Shown: positions 50,126 to 61,520 of the stretch, one piece after another
Position numbering within the stretch: the first letter of the stretch is position 1
Layout: the number at the start of each line of letters is the position of its first letter
Assembly (NCBI RefSeq): GCF_018977255.1
Contig: NW_024704742.1
Span: 62,684,001-62,748,000 of the forward strand
Direction: 5' to 3'
Length of the DNA: 64,000 nt
Origin: Callorhinchus milii
Lineage: Eukaryota
Notes under the pieces: generated by a model
Told to the model about the DNA's origin: nothing
The model's database searches: none
What the model saw: the letters and a program-made list of their open reading frames with translations, nothing else
Position numbers and translations under genes: made by a program

Positions 50126-51121
50126 AACGCATGGGTTATTACCTCGGTGTGAGGTGGTTGCCTGGGTCCGATGTCTCAGGCCCATGACTGACTTCTGGGT
50201 AGACAACAGGTTGCGGCAAATGTAACATCCAGCGGGGTGCACATGTGTCTTGGTTTTGTGCATTAAATTAATGGTCATCTTCCAGGTAGTTAGGTCTCCA
50301 TTCACATCACTTTGTGGGAGCTGTGTGCATGATGTGCCACTGATGTCACTTCCTTTGTAGATTGTAACATGCGTGTGTTGCATGCAGAAAATAACATAAG
50401 CAGGGTTTTCCAGACTTATCACACATGCACAGGAATTGATTCGGTTGTGACTTAATGATGTGGATATTCGCTGTCTTTTAGCACATTGGAAGCTGAATTG
50501 TTTGTTCACTGAAGCCAACTGTACATCCACACACGCACCTTGTAGCAAAACCCGCATTATAAGAGGGCGCCTTATAATAGGGCCACTTTGCACAATGCAT
50601 GCATTAAAATAATTTATAGTGAAATGAACAAAGTAAATGCCAGTAAAACTATTATTTGTAACTTCTGAATTATTTTCTATAATAACTGAATTATTATCCA
50701 AGATTATTATCGAGAGTTAATTGTTATTTATTACCTGTTTACATCTCAGAGAAAATGTATCACACATAATAAGACAGAGTGAGTTGTGGTTAAAAGCTTT
50801 ATGAAAGGCTGAAGGAAATATGCGTATTAATGTAAATTAAGTTAATTTGGTCAATTCCGGTCTGAAGACCTTTTCTGCAGGTTGGCTTGGTAATGCAGTA
50901 ACATTTAAGAAATAACTGTGCATTCCTACAATGCTAGCGCATTACCAAGGTAACAGGCATTTTCAGTTGGATGCTTCTCGCTTGATTTTGTTCTGCATCA
51001 AATAGATCTTTAAAAATGTAAATGTAAAAACTGCAGTTAATGTAAAATTGAATGCATTTTGTTTAACAATGCATTCCAATACATTATTTGCTTAAATTAA
51101 CTCAATGCAGATCTTATTTAC

Positions 51122-51276
51122 ACCCTTCGTTAGACGAAAGGTTCTGACAAAAGGTTATCGACCTGAAACATCAACTCACTTTCCTCTCTCCATAGATTTT
51201 GCCTGATCTGTTGAGTGGTCCCAGTGATGTCTGTTTTTATTTCAGATTTCCAGCATCTGCAGTATTTTGACTTTTG
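51122..51276 (+). mobile_element. Penelope-type short element with minimal hammerhead motif
   Basis: GGTT-CTGACAA-A-AGGT(TATCG)ACCT-GAAA-CA-TC-AACT at 51140-51176, preceded by inverted fragment ACCCTTCGTTAGA; ends TTTCCAGCATCTGCAG. Confidence 0.72.
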
Positions 51277-54225
51277 TTTACTCTGTTCATTTTGCAAAGC
51301 TGGATCTTTCCAGACTTTGAGCTACAAGTCACTTTGTGTAATTAATTGAACACACTAATGTAAATTAGGTCTAACCAGCACAAATCATGAATGAATATGA
51401 TTCACATCATTCACACCATTAGTTGTCCTCTTCAAACTACAACAAAAATAGAATCTTTAGTTCCTGAATGAATCTTAGGGCTGTCTTTTTCCCCAACTTC
51501 TCCTCTTGCAATTGGTCAGTTATAACGTAATAATAATAATCCTTACATTTGACATAGTACCTTATCACTCATTGAGATGTCTCAAAGCACTTGATCACTT
51601 GGTAACATTCTCCAGTCTGAATCTGAAGATTTTGGGATCAAGACCCAAGCTGGGACTTTGGTTGAGCATAGTCTCAGGCTAGGCTATTATTGTTTATTGT
51701 CCTTCTATTGCTGCCATGGACAAGCTCAGCTAACTTGATGTAAGATCACTTGGTTGCAGCCTACATTCTGAATAATAATAATAATAATAATACAGCGCCC
51801 CTCACGCAGGCTAGTGTCCCAGAGCGCTTGAAAGCTGTGAATTCAAACACTACCTTAGAACATGAGCTCGTAGTCCAGGCTGACACTTCAGTACAGCACT
51901 GAAGGAGTATTGCATTCACAAGATTGATTTGGATGAAGAAGGCCCTTCAGTCCATCCAAACACATCCTGCCAGAACACCCGCCTTCACGTCCACGTCCAC
52001 CCATCACAGCATCAAGCTTACAGATAAGATGCTTAACCAAGCCCTTGTCTACTTGTGCAATTAAATATTTAAGATCCCGGGACATCATCTTGAAAACAGA
52101 AGGGAATTTTTCCTTGTGGCTTGGATCATAACGCAATTCTCTAGGTGAAGTGATCACTCACCTCATAGTTATTTGTGGGACTTTGCTGGTACAAATGGCC
52201 ACTTTGTTTATCTGTAAACTCAGTTACTGCCTTTGACACATGAATTGTTTGTCAATGTGATAAGGTGCTATAAAAATGCATGTTCTTTCTTTATATAAGT
52301 GTTCATCACTTTGTTACAACCTTTAACTCACTGCAGATTCCACGTCCTTTTGGCTGCCATACAACATTTACCCAGAGATATCCCCCATAGTACTATAAAC
52401 GGGAATTTCTTCCCAATTCCTGGCCAACAATCCACCAAATAATATTTGTCATTCCTTCATGGCTGTTTTTGGATCATTGCTAAAATCAAATTGGCTTTTG
52501 TGATCAATTTACTTGATGGCATATTCTGTGCAGAACTTTGAGCCATCCTCCCAATCTGATAGGTGAAAGTAAGGCATATTATAATTATTAGCAGCTACAT
52601 TTCAAATGTCAACAATATTTTTATGGGTGAAATATATTTAAATTCCATCAGAAAACCAACCTCTTCATCCACGCCTGTGGTCACCTCCCTGCCCCCCCAC
52701 CCCCCACCCCCCACCCCGCCCCCGCCCACCTCACTCCCTTGCCCAGCATCTAACCCCACCAGTGTGCAGGGCTCCACTATATTATCCTATGTGAAGGGCG
52801 CTGTAACAATGCAAGTTGTTGTTGTGTAACATTGGAGTCTCATTTGTGGTATTTCTTAACAGGATGAATTGCACTTATCAACCAGGGAAGGATCAGGTCT
52901 GCTTACCCACTAGGGTTAATAAATGTCCTGGTGTTTAGAGACTTACCCATCTGATTCTTAGTTATAGAGGAATGTGTTATCTCATAGCTTAACCCATTGC
53001 CCTCTTCTCCTTAATATTATAATAATTAAATTCCAGGATTTTTAACGAAGTGAGTGATGCTATCTGACCTCCAAGCCCACGTTCTAATTGAATAAATTAT
53101 GAATGCACAGACATATGTGCAAACAACATTTTTTTGCATAATGTTTAATATATTACTATAAGTAGGGCATGAGAGGATTAATGATTTTGAACAAAAAGAA
53201 GACAGAATCTGTGCTGATAAACATACAGGACACACAAGAGACTAATAGGTACCTGGGTTTAATTCTTGTTCACCTTTGTTGTGGTTTTTAAATAGATTTG
53301 ATGCAAAAAGTGCATACAAATAGGGCTTGAGATGTGTAACCGTCAGAGAGTGTTGTTTTAATAATAATCCTCACATTTGGTGGAGTGCTTTTCACCTTTG
53401 GAGGATATCCAAAAGCACTTTGAGGATATATTGTAAAGTGGAGTGGCTGTGTTTTGTGGACAAAATGTTGTGATATTTTGAGTTTTAATGTAACAATTCA
53501 AGATAACTTTGTATTTTTATACAGGCTTTTGGCATGCAAATGCCTATAAGCATTTTGAAAGTAACCACTGTCAAGTGTAGTGGCTGTTTTTCTGCAGGCA
53601 AATGCAACAGCCATTTATGCAAGGAACCTGTACAAACAGCCATGAGAGAGATCAGGTGATTCAATAAAATAATAAAAGTGAAGAAAGAAGTTATAGGATG
53701 GGCTATATATAAACACGTCATGAAAAAGCTGCAAAAAAATAATATTGGAATGAAAAGAAAATATTGTGAGGGAAGACATTCCACTGGTTATTTGAGGGAA
53801 TAATAAAAGCAAGATTACAGAAGGCAGCATATTCAAACTGGAAAATGAAATACATTCATGTTTTCTTGTGCTTTATTTCATTGAAATTTTCCAGCAATTG
53901 TTATCATTTGTAATGACTCTTTATATTGGCAAACACTCACGAACATCCATAAAGTGAATAAACAGTTTATCTAGACTACTATCACTGGAAGAAACCTGCT
54001 TCTCTTTTTGAACAGTGTCACACAATCTTTTAAGATAGACTTCAACAACAATCTGGGGGAACCTCAGTTTCACCAACAAGATGGCATTCCAACAACACTG
54101 GTCTCCCCCATTGCTGAATTAGAGCATCAGCCTAAACTGGGAAGTCAAAGTCCAACATGAGGCTTGAACCCACAACTATCTGACTCAGAGCTTCCAATTG
54201 AGCCAAGAAAGATGAGTGATAGGAA

Positions 54226-54540
54226 ATAACAACAACAACTTGCCCTCCACATCAGGTGGCATCTCAGAGCACTTAACAATGGTGGAGCCCAAGGCCGAGC
54301 CAGGGGGAGGGGGAAAGTGACCATAAGTGCAGTCAAAAGGGAAGGTCTTCAGACTCGACCTGAAGATGGGGAATGAAGGGGTGAGGCGAAGGGTTGAAGG
54401 AGGGAGTTCCACAGTTTCGGGGGGTAGTGGCTGAAGGTACGACCGCTGATGGTGGAGCAGATGATTTGGGGGACGCGGAGGAGACCGAACCCAATAGAGC
54501 GGAGGCAGCAGATACTGCTCTGGGGAGAGAGGAGGTTAGA
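54226..54540 (-). mobile_element. L2 3' fragment
   Basis: (CAA)n, GGTCTTCAGA, GGAGTTCCACAG; reverse of an L2 3' UTR. Confidence 0.78.
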
Positions 54541-56089
54541 GAGTTAGGGGGGTGCAGGTGAGAATGTGGGCAACGGAGTTTTGAATGATTTTTGAGGAAA
54601 GGGGAAAAAAAGCATACAAAACATGATGTATTCCTATCCTGTTGGGTCACAGCATACAAAATAAATCTAGATCAATAACTAAATAGATTGTCATAAGAAA
54701 ACTGAAGTGATTTACAATATTTACAATATTCCAGACCAAATGCCAGTTGGAGTACTTGGATTATTTCAGGAAATGAGGGTAGGAGAACATTTAATAAAAG
54801 AAAAGGCAATAATTTCAAGGTAACATGGATTTAAGAAAGACAGGTCATGAAATGCTAACAAATGAATTGGAGTTGTTTTGGAATATAACAGAATTGGTGT
54901 GAAATTTTAATATCCACACATATGGTCACTCAATCCACGACTGTTTGTGGGACATTGCTGTGTGCAATTGGCTGCTGTGTTTTGCTTACAAAATACAAAA
55001 GTCAATCCACTTCACAATATATCCTGTGAAGCTCTTTGAGATGTCTCAACAACATGTTAGCTGAAAAACAACCCTTTTGAGCTTATTGAGGGGATCTCTG
55101 CCTCCCTGAATCTACATTAGGACAGTATATCCTGAATAAGCTCAAAAAGGCCATGTTTTGTACTCACAAACACACTCACATAAACTGCCAAGATTTTCTC
55201 ACGTGTGGAAAAATAGTTTTCAAACTAAGATTCAACCGACAGCTGCTGTGGTGGGACCTCAGTAGCACTATCTTCCAACAGGCTGGTGATCCAGGTTTGA
55301 ATCCTGAGCCTGTATGTTGAATGTGATGCTTGAAAAAAATTGCACTTCATTGAATGGGGAGCTAAATGGCTGGCACCAACAACTTAAGAATCTTCCAAAA
55401 TTATGCAAGGTCTTAAAATTTAAGACAATTACACTGATCCCATCAATGAAGAGCCATCTTCTTTTACTCCCCTGTATAACTTTATTCAAGAAACATTATT
55501 AGATCTCAATGACAGACATTTTTTTAATTGTATATTTCTTATCGAGAACCTGATTGCAAACATCCAAATGTACTTCACCTGGATAATTACAGCCACCCAA
55601 GTTCATGCTGTCTCAAAGTGTAGTGATTGTACATTTTTAGATAAACGGCCAATGTCCCACAGATAACTATGAAGTAAATCATCAATTTTATCTGGGGGAT
55701 TGTTGGTAAGAAACTCCCTTCTCTACTTGAATAGTGCCATAAGATCTTTTGCGTCTACCCAAAGTAGTAACAACAACAAAATTACATTTGCATTGCGCCT
55801 TTCACTTTGGAAGGACTTCCCAAGGCACTGAAGCAGACAGGACCTTGGTTTAATTTCTCATCTTCAGGACAGCACTTCCAACAATACACCATGATCTCAT
55901 CCGTATCCTTAACATCATTGGCTCAACATTTACCATTATGTCTTAAAATTTTAAATCATGCAGAATTTTGAAAAAATCTTAAATCCAGCCTTAATTTGGA
56001 AGTAGGTCATTAAAATGTAGTTCTTAAAATATCTTCCAAAGAAAGACAGAATTCAAGAATATTCCGAAATTCTAATGATTTCAATATCA

Positions 56090-57085
56090 ATATGTTCCTT
56101 CTTGGTGACATCATCTGCAGACATGGGGTCAACTTCCACATGTATGCGGATGACACTCAACTCTACCTCTCTGCCTCCACCCTGGATTCCAGGACCACTG
56201 CTGTCCTGGCAGAATGTCTGTCAGACATCAAACCCTGGATGAGAGCCAACTTTCCACAGCTGAAAGTCAACAAGACAGAGGCTTTCCTGATTGATTCCTG
56301 TCAGCGCCTTCATACCTCAGGCGCTGAAAGCATCACAATTTATGGATGCACACTCCATCTCACTAAGTCAGTCTGGAACCTTGGGTTCTTGTTTGACTCT
56401 CAAATATCCTTTCTACCCCAGATCTGCGCCATGACTTGCTCTGCCTTTCCCCACTTCTGGAACATCGCCCGGCTCTGCCACTGTCTCACACCGCAGGCCG
56501 CCGAAACCCTCATACATGCTTTCATTACATCGAGGCTTGACTATGCAAACTCATTGCTTGTCGGCCTTCCCAATTCCTCCCTCCATAGGCTGCAGATCAT
56601 CCAGAACTCTGCAGCCCATGTCCTCTCTCACACCAGGCTCCGTGACCCTATCACCGCCATCCTCGCCCAGGTCCACTGGCTTCCCATCACACAGTTCAAG
56701 ATCCTGGTCCTCATCTTCAAAGCCTTCCCTGGTCTTGCTCCCCACTAACTCTGTGACCTCCTAACACCCTACCATCCTGCTCACTCCCTCCGCTCACCTC
56801 GCCCACCCCACCACGTGGGTGGGTCTTCTGCCACTCTGCCCCCATCCTCTGGAACTCCATCCCGCAGTCCTTCCACCTCACCCCCTTCCTTGCCCTCTTC
56901 AAGACCCATCTCAAGACCCTCTCCTTGGACCGTGCCTTCGGTCACCCTCCTTCACCCCATTGCCCTCCACCCTTTCCAATCCCGACCCCCTGCTTGGGTT
57001 TGAAACTCTGTCTGTCCAGCGCCTTGGGACGTCCTCCCGACGTGAAAGGTGCTATACAAATGTAATTTGTTGTTGTTGTTGTTGT
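56090..57085 (+). pseudogene. 5'-truncated L2 LINE (RT C-terminal part and 3' UTR)
   Basis: ORF 56092-56748 [35 protein letters not shown]; (TTG)n tail. Confidence 0.93.
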
Positions 57086-57643
57086 AATACGGTCTCTGGT
57101 CCCCAAATGAAAAATCAATGTGTTATTTTTTCTTGTTCTTGTCCATTTACCAACAAGTTGCTTGCAAGTTATATTGCATTAAAATATAAATGTGCGCCTT
57201 GCTCCCTCCCTCTCCACCTTCAAAATTTGCCTTAAGACCTATGTTTTTGACCACTTCATCCTTCCCCCTTCCAGCTCAGGCTCCCTGTCAGTTATATGGT
57301 GAACGTTGAGACATCCTTCTGACAGGAACAGGAAAGGTGCAATATATAAAACGTAATTTCTAATTGTAATTAGAAATGAGTTTGCCAGTATCCTGGTCAA
57401 TGATCCCCAACTAAAATTGTGTTCCATGCCTGTTTGTGGGACACTGCTGTGCACAATTGAACTGCTGCGTTTGCCTATAAACATAGAGTCACTGCACTTC
57501 ACATTACATCCTGTGAAGCGGTTTGGGACATTCTTATGACATGAAAGGCGCTACACTAAATGCAAGGATTATTATTGTTATTACAGTTTAAATCACTCTG
57601 TAGAGGCACTTTCTACATAATTTTCAATGATAGCACTGCCATG

Positions 57644-57910
57644 TTACATATGAATGGATGTTACTTTTCTTAATACATTTGAGCTTCCTAAAATAGCTAC
57701 TTTTAGCAGGAAGAGGATACATTGTTCACCAGGTATTCTGTCAATCCACTTCTGAATAGCCTTATTGACAGTCCCAGTTGCACTGATGATTATAGGAACC
57801 ATGTTGTTTTTATACTGCCAATTATGCCCGCATTCAATTTGTAGATTGATATATTTCCTGATCTTCTCTAGTTCCTTCTTCTTCATTTTCTTCTTATTAT
57901 TATAGTCAAT
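57644..57910 (-). pseudogene. R4/Dong-clade non-LTR retrotransposon, restriction-like endonuclease C-terminus
   Basis: KKELEKIRKYINLQIE...W...MVPIIISATGTV...LKVAILGSSNVLRKV matches the recalled KE.EK..KY..L..E..W...VPIIIG..G...QK.A.LG...ILRK pattern; DYNI just upstream in another frame. Confidence 0.78.
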
Positions 57911-58465
57911 GTGTTTTTTCCCCCAAATTTAATTATCTTTCCTGCTCTTTTTGCTTTGTTGTTATCAGTGGCAGTTCTGACACCTCTCTAATGTGCCATG
58001 ACATTTTCAAGTTATTGATCTCCTTTGTGGTAGGTTGCAATGAAATTGAACGTTTGAGCACAGAACTTCATTTTAGACAACAACAACAAGATTTCATTTA
58101 TAGAGCGCCTTTCACGTTGGGTCAGGAAAGTAGTGAACTGAAAAAGGGTTACACACATATTCCCAGACATCAAGGTTGCACAACAGATATTTAAGGAGTA
58201 TAGCAGTGATATTCTCAGAACAGAGCAAATATAAAACGAGAGGTGATTTGGCATATTAAGCCTGTTATCTCGAATGATCATGTACAATTTTCCATTCTGT
58301 AAACTTCCCTCAACCCACTAACCCTCCTCCTCTCCCATAGAAAGCCAGTGAGCTTTACAGTACATAAAACAGAGAAGCTTTGTGAGTTTTTTCTCTCAGA
58401 AAAAGTAATTAAGTAAAATTACAGGATATGAAACCCAAATTAAGGCCAGAATGTTCAAGTCCGAT

Positions 58466-58630
58466 TGGTTGCTCCTCGCTCCTACTCTCACTCCTCCCCC
58501 TGGTTCACCACCCACCTCCGCTCACTGAAGAGCCAGGTGTGGGCCGCTGAACGCACCTGCGTCAAATCTGGCCTAACGGTCCACCGACAAATCAGGCTGG
58601 ACCTCCTCAAAATCTACCGCTCCACTCTAA
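58466..58630 (+). mobile_element. L2 ORF2 internal fragment (between endonuclease and RT)
   Basis: SPWFTTHLRSLKSQVWAAERTCVKSGLTVHRQ matches the L2 PW....LR.LK...R..ER.W pattern. Confidence 0.72.
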
Positions 58631-59285
58631 AATCCTGTGAAGCGCTTTGAGAATTTTTCCCAGCGTGAATAATATAAGGTGATTAAAATATTGCTTAGCA
58701 CAAAGCAACACCAACAACAACAAATTCCATTTATATAGCTCTTTTCATATCTGGAGGATGCTTCAAATTACTTTACCAAGTGCTTTCATTCAGCCCTACA
58801 TGCAGCAGAATAACCCTTTAGTATTTTAACTGAACCCAGCATGAAAGGATTTATGGAATGTGAAATTCTCTTCCACAAGATAATCTTTAGTATAACTCTT
58901 TACCATCCTAATTTCTGTGAGTAACATTGAACTGAGTTTTAGCAAGTAATAATGATTGTGTTTTCAATCCATTATAATAAATGGTTAAGGCTGTGCTCTT
59001 TATCTACCTAGGATGGCACTACTCTGAACATTTCAAGAATATTAATTGTTTTCTCTAATAGCTTGAGCCACAGCTGAACATTTGCATTTTGCATTAACAC
59101 AGAATTGCCAGATTTTATATTACACGATCGGCAAGTGGCATTTTAACCACAGCATTCACAAAGCAGAAGTTGTGCAGAAGTCTTACGATGTTTGCAACTG
59201 ATATAGCAGGAAAATTAAAAACTATTTCAAAATGAAATGGGGGGATTAAATAACACTTTACTGGACACAGGCAAAGGGAATTTTA

Positions 59286-59675
59286 GAACCATAGAAATTT
59301 ACAGCAGAGAAGAAAGTCATGCAACTTATTATGTCTATGATGGCTCTTTGAAAGAGCATTCCATTTAATTCCATTTCCCTGCCTTTTCGTATACCTCTAC
59401 AGATTATTCTTTTTTTTAGATATCTATCTAGTTGCTCTTCAATACTAAAATGGATCCTGACTCGACCAGGGCAGAAGGGATTTCACATTCTAACAACTCT
59501 CTCAGAACAAAATCTCTCAATCTTCCCCTTTGCTCCCTTGCTATCTATCTTAAATTGATATCCTACAGTTTCAGACTCCCTAATTCGATAAGGAGATAAT
59601 TTCTCCCTATCGAATTTAAAAACCCTCATAATTTTAAAGACCACTAACAGATCTCCTCTCAACCATTTCTGTTCC
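59286..59675 (-). mobile_element. CR1 3' fragment
   Basis: Minus ORF LRGDLLVVFKIMRVF..DREKL; tail AGAACCATAGAA. Confidence 0.8.
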
Positions 59676-60442
59676 AATTAAATTAGTATGAAATGGAGAG
59701 TCACTACACTTTGCATTTATCCTGTATAGGTGAAAGATGCTATATCAAATGCAAAGTTTTTTTATTAGAATATAGTACTTCAGGTTTGATAAGGATAGAA
59801 ATAGCATAGCTGAGGTGTGAAATGTGATAATTTTTATCCTCTAGTTGCATTTTAATTTGAGCCTGAGGATAATGGAGCCACCACTTCAATAGTTCTTTCA
59901 GGTCAGAAGACACAGGCAGTTGAGGTGTGAATTAGCCTTTCACAGCCTGTCTTATCTACAAACACCATGAATTCAGTACATTGGGATATCTGCACAAGCA
60001 GAGCATTAGTGAGATCCTGGCTTTGCATGTTCATTTGCTACCATTTGCATTGGCAGAGAGAGCTTTTGTACAGTTAAAGCTGAAATGTCCCTGATCTCAC
60101 TGTCAATTTCAAGTCAATTACATAAATTCCCCCAAAAATCAACCACCTGGAAATTAAAGTAATTTAAGAGAGGCCGAATGGCTCAAGAGCTGAATCCAAA
60201 TTTATTTACGTTGATAATTCTTCTATATACTTCTACCTGCTGTCTAGTTTAGAGAAAAATAAATGTAATATTAAATGCAAATGAAAGTTGAGTGTGACAC
60301 TGCCCTTGCAACAAAATTTCAGAGCAGGAACACTCTCCCAGCAGCTGGTAATATCTGATTTTAATTTTAAAGAAAACTACTGTGTTGATTCTTTCAGGTT
60401 GACCCGTTGATTTTGGTAACTGTAAAATAGTCACGTTTTTAC

Positions 60443-60710
60443 AATTTGCTAGGCGAAAGAAGACAAAGGTCCATCTAGTTCGCCTTCCACCATCCTGGCA
60501 GTTGCTTGACATGTCGTGCCCCAAACTATACATTGTATTCCGAGATATTATTGTCTGGCAGAAATCTATCTAATTTGTTTTTCAAACAAAGAACACTTTC
60601 TGCTTCGACTATCTCCCTAGACAGCCTGTTCCATAAGTTTACTACTTTCGCACTGAAATAGTGTTTCTGCAGATATATTCTGAATTTATCCCCTTTCAAC
60701 CGCATACTCA
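60443..60710 (-). mobile_element. CR1 3' fragment, second family
   Basis: Minus ORF RLKGDKFR...HYFSAKVVNLWNRL; UTR homologous to 30500-30580. Confidence 0.82.
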
Positions 60711-60974
60711 TTATTTGTCAGGATTATTGAACAGATTGTTTCCACAGAGCATTTTACTTGCTGTTAGCTTTAAATAGCCAATTGAAAAAAAAAGCTATAA
60801 TGAAGAATAAAATTCAAATGCCAGTTCTCTGCAGCTAAGATTATTGGACCACATCTTCAGGGAACAGAAACCGTTTGGAAATTGACCACTGGAATCTGAA
60901 TTCGAAATATCTGCATGTTCTATCCAGTCTAGTGCAGAGCAATGAGCAAGTGCAATCAATGGATAATGTGTATA

Positions 60975-61520
60975 AGCCTGTCTCAGTTGGTAACACTCTC
61001 ATTTCTGAGTCAGGAGGCTGTGGGGTCAAACCTTGGGTCGGGACTTTGAAGTCACAAATCTAAGATGACACTCCAATTCAGTGGGGCAGGCATGCTGCAC
61101 TGTCAGAGGCGCCATCCTTTGGAAGAAAACTTAAACCCAGGTCCTGTCTGTGTGTCCAGGTGGACTTTGAAGATCCCATGGCATTATTCAAAAAGAGATA
61201 GGAGTTTCTTCCAATGTCTTGGCAAACAATCCCCCAAATAAAATTGGTTACTCTCTTCATGGCTGTTTATGGGACATTGCTATGCACAAAAACTAGTCGC
61301 CGCATTCCCCTGCAAAATACACAGTAACTACGCTTTACAATATATCATGTGACAATAAATTGGAAACACTTTGGGATATCCTCCCAACATGAAAGGCGCT
61401 ATTTGGCTTTGAGGTACAGATCAGCCATGATCGAAAAGAATGACGGAACAGGCTCGAGGGGCTGAATGGCCTACTCCTGTTCCTATGTTCCTTTCTCAAA
61501 TTCAAAGATTATTATTATAA
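60975..61520 (+). mobile_element. Deu-domain tRNA-SINE with a CR1-type 3' end (61403-61492) inserted in its tail
   Basis: Head TCTCAGTTGGTAACACTCTC, body GATCCCATGGCA, tail GAAAGGCGCTAT|insert|...TCAAATTCAAAGATTATTATT; insert ends GCTGAATGGCCTACTCCTGTTCCTATGTTCCT. Confidence 0.83.

Noticed and set aside
50042..50701. 219-aa minus-strand ORF
   Set aside because: No recognisable domain, and it runs antisense into the L2 tail; probably a chance open frame.
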